The translations under genes were made by a program, and so were the position numbers. The notes below the pieces were generated by a model. That model saw only the letters and a list, made by a program, of their open reading frames with translations. It did no database searches and was not told the origin of the DNA. From contig CAVVJT010000002.1 of NCBI GenBank assembly GCA_963748625.1, forward strand, positions 96,001 through 160,000: a DNA stretch of 64,000 bases, given 5' to 3'. Positions within the stretch are counted from its first letter, which is position 1, and each line of letters opens with the position of its first letter. Below, piece by piece: positions 62,379 through 64,000 of this stretch. The stretch is from an uncultured Chloroflexia bacterium. Lineage in GTDB: Bacteria; Chloroflexota; Limnocylindria; Limnocylindrales; CSP1-4.

Positions 62379-62414
62379 AAGAGCCGGCGCAGCCCTGGGG
62401 CCGCGCCGGCTCTT
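62379..62414. terminator. Bidirectional terminator-like hairpin
   Basis: AAGAGCCGGCGC / GCGCCGGCTCTT 12-bp stem between convergent genes. Confidence 0.7.
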
Positions 62415-62434
62415 GGGTGTTCCGGTGACGGAGG

Positions 62435-63169
62435 CTACGCCTCGGGGGCGGCGCCCGCCTCCTCGGCGGCCTTCTTGACCGTTGCGGCGGCCTCGTCGGT
62501 CACGGCAGCGGCCTTGACCTCCTCGGCCTCCGGCAGCGCCTTCTGGACCTCGTCCACCTGGGCGAGCTTGGCCAGGGCGATGATGCCGCTGGAGCCTGGG
62601 GTCAGGACGGCCGCGAGGTCCTTGGCGACCTTGTTGCGGGCGCCCAGGTTGCGGAGCTTGCCGATGGCTGCACCACCGACGCCCATCCACAGGGCGCTGG
62701 CCAGGATGGCCGGCGGGAACAGGATGCCGATGACGCCGCCCGCGACGGCGCCGGCCAGGAAGCCGTTGCGCGTCTTGTGGTCGGTCATCTTGACGATGTG
62801 GATCTTGCCCTCGGCGTCGGCCTGGGCGACGAGCACGCCCTCGATGTCGAGGGCACCGCTGGCTTCGGCCTCGAGGAGGCTCGTGTAGGCGCCCTTCGCG
62901 GCGTCCTCGTTGGCGAAGCGGGCGACGACGATCGCGTAACCCTGGTCGTTCACGCCGACCGCGCCCTCGGCGAGGATCCCGTCCTCGTCGGCGACGATGC
63001 CGGTCATCAGCGCGCCGTGGGCGTCGGCGTCGAGCGTGGCGGCGGTGACGATGCCGGTCTCCTCGTCCACCGCGACCATGGCGGCGGAGATGCCGGTGAT
63101 CTCGACCTCGGCCGGGGCGGCGGGCTCGACCGCAGCCTCCTCGGCGGGGGTGACCTGGTCCTCGGTCAT
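62435..63169 (-). CDS. DUF1269-family protein with acidic N-terminal extension
   Basis: DAEGKIHI, glycine zipper GAVAGGVIGILFPP...GGAAIG, LTPGSSGIIAL. Confidence 0.78.
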   Translation of the reverse strand: MTEDQVTPAEEAAVEPAAPAEVEITGISAAMVAVDEETGIVTAATLDADAHGALMTGIVADEDGILAEGAVGVNDQGYAIVVARFANEDAAKGAYTSLLEAEASGALDIEGVLVAQADAEGKIHIVKMTDHKTRNGFLAGAVAGGVIGILFPPAILASALWMGVGGAAIGKLRNLGARNKVAKDLAAVLTPGSSGIIALAKLAQVDEVQKALPEAEEVKAAAVTDEAAATVKKAAEEAGAAPEA

Positions 63170-63274
63170 GGGTGACCTCCTCATGGGTGGTGGTGCGATG
63201 GCACGTCCGGTCCGTGACGGTCGCCGGACGGGGGACGATCAGTGTATGCCGGGCGTCCGAGGCAGGCGCTGTGC

Positions 63275-64000
63275 CTACCCGGGCGGGGGCTCCGCAGCCT
63301 TGTCGAGGGACTCGGCGTGCGTGACGGATGACGATGCCCCGTCATCGGCGGGATCGACGACGCCGAAGGCGGCCCGATAGGCCTTCACCGCGCTCTTGGT
63401 GGTGGGGTAGAAGGCCGCGCGATCCGTGAACCACTCGTCGTCGTACTTCTGGATCTTGAGGCGGACCACATCCTTGAGCTCGGCGAATACGAGGTGCACG
63501 TCCTTGGCGTGCAGCTCACCGTCGAGATCCTCGAGCATGTCCGACGCGGTGGTGTCGATGTCGGTGATCGGCTCGGCGGCGATGACGATCCAGCGTGGCT
63601 TCGGCTCCTGGTTGGCGAGGTGGCGGACCTCGTTGCGGAACGTGTTGGCGTTGGCGAAGAACAGCGGGCCGTCGAAGCGGAACATGACCAGGCCGGGCAG
63701 CTGCTCGGCGTCGGGGTACATGCGGATGTCGTGGTAGCCGGGGACGCCGGGCACGTCGCCCAGCACTGTCCGGTACGGGTTCCAGACCCGTCGGAAGACG
63801 GTCAGGATCGAGAGGATCACGGCGATGGCGATGCCTTGCAGCACGCCGAGCAGCGCCACGCCCAGGAAGGCCGCCATCGACAGCCAGAACTCCGCCCGCC
63901 GCTGCCGGTAGAGCTTGACCGTGCCCGGGATGTCGGCAAGGGACAGGGAGGCGACGATGACCACGGCGGCCAGCGTGGGATTGGGCAGGTAGGCGAGCAG
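63275..64000 (-). CDS. sulP: SulP/SLC26 anion permease with STAS domain (5' part outside window)
   Basis: PTLAAVVI, LGVLQGIAIAV, FRFDGPLFFANA, DIDTTA. Confidence 0.92.
   Translation of the reverse strand: MLAYLPNPTLAAVVIVASLSLADIPGTVKLYRQRRAEFWLSMAAFLGVALLGVLQGIAIAVILSILTVFRRVWNPYRTVLGDVPGVPGYHDIRMYPDAEQLPGLVMFRFDGPLFFANANTFRNEVRHLANQEPKPRWIVIAAEPITDIDTTASDMLEDLDGELHAKDVHLVFAELKDVVRLKIQKYDDEWFTDRAAFYPTTKSAVKAYRAAFGVVDPADDGASSSVTHAESLDKAAEPPPG

Overview
High-GC (roughly 70% by eye) bacterial chromosomal segment with about 56 genuine CDSs. I found no rRNA, tRNA, CRISPR array, integrase or transposase. The gene repertoire suggests a monoderm soil or freshwater organism, most plausibly Chloroflexota (inference, not verified). 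In order: htrA plus an OmpR-type two-component system; rplY; USP and malic enzyme; an Opp/Dpp ABC operon with an embedded proline iminopeptidase and two acetamidase/formamidase genes; ligC and htpX; a GDP-fucose/glycosyltransferase block; a PolD2-like primase-polymerase; a methyltransferase plus LicD-like pair; an ECF42/DGPF module with its promoter; a fasciclin gene with a SigK-like promoter; transporters; a PrsW pair; a large secreted Ig/Asp-box protein; a five-gene heme-copper oxidase operon; mscS; a ppk2 operon; an ECF/anti-sigma pair; DUF1269; and a partial sulP. The most unusual element is the A2-type oxidase. It lacks the K-channel Lys (subunit I) and entry Glu (subunit II), carries a type-1 blue-copper domain on subunit II where caa3 enzymes have cytochrome c, and has a second membrane-anchored cupredoxin-like gene. 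Also notable are REPIN-like inverted doublets between convergent genes, two frameshifts (possibly assembly indels) and an internally deleted M19 dipeptidase. All family calls come from motif recognition without database searches.
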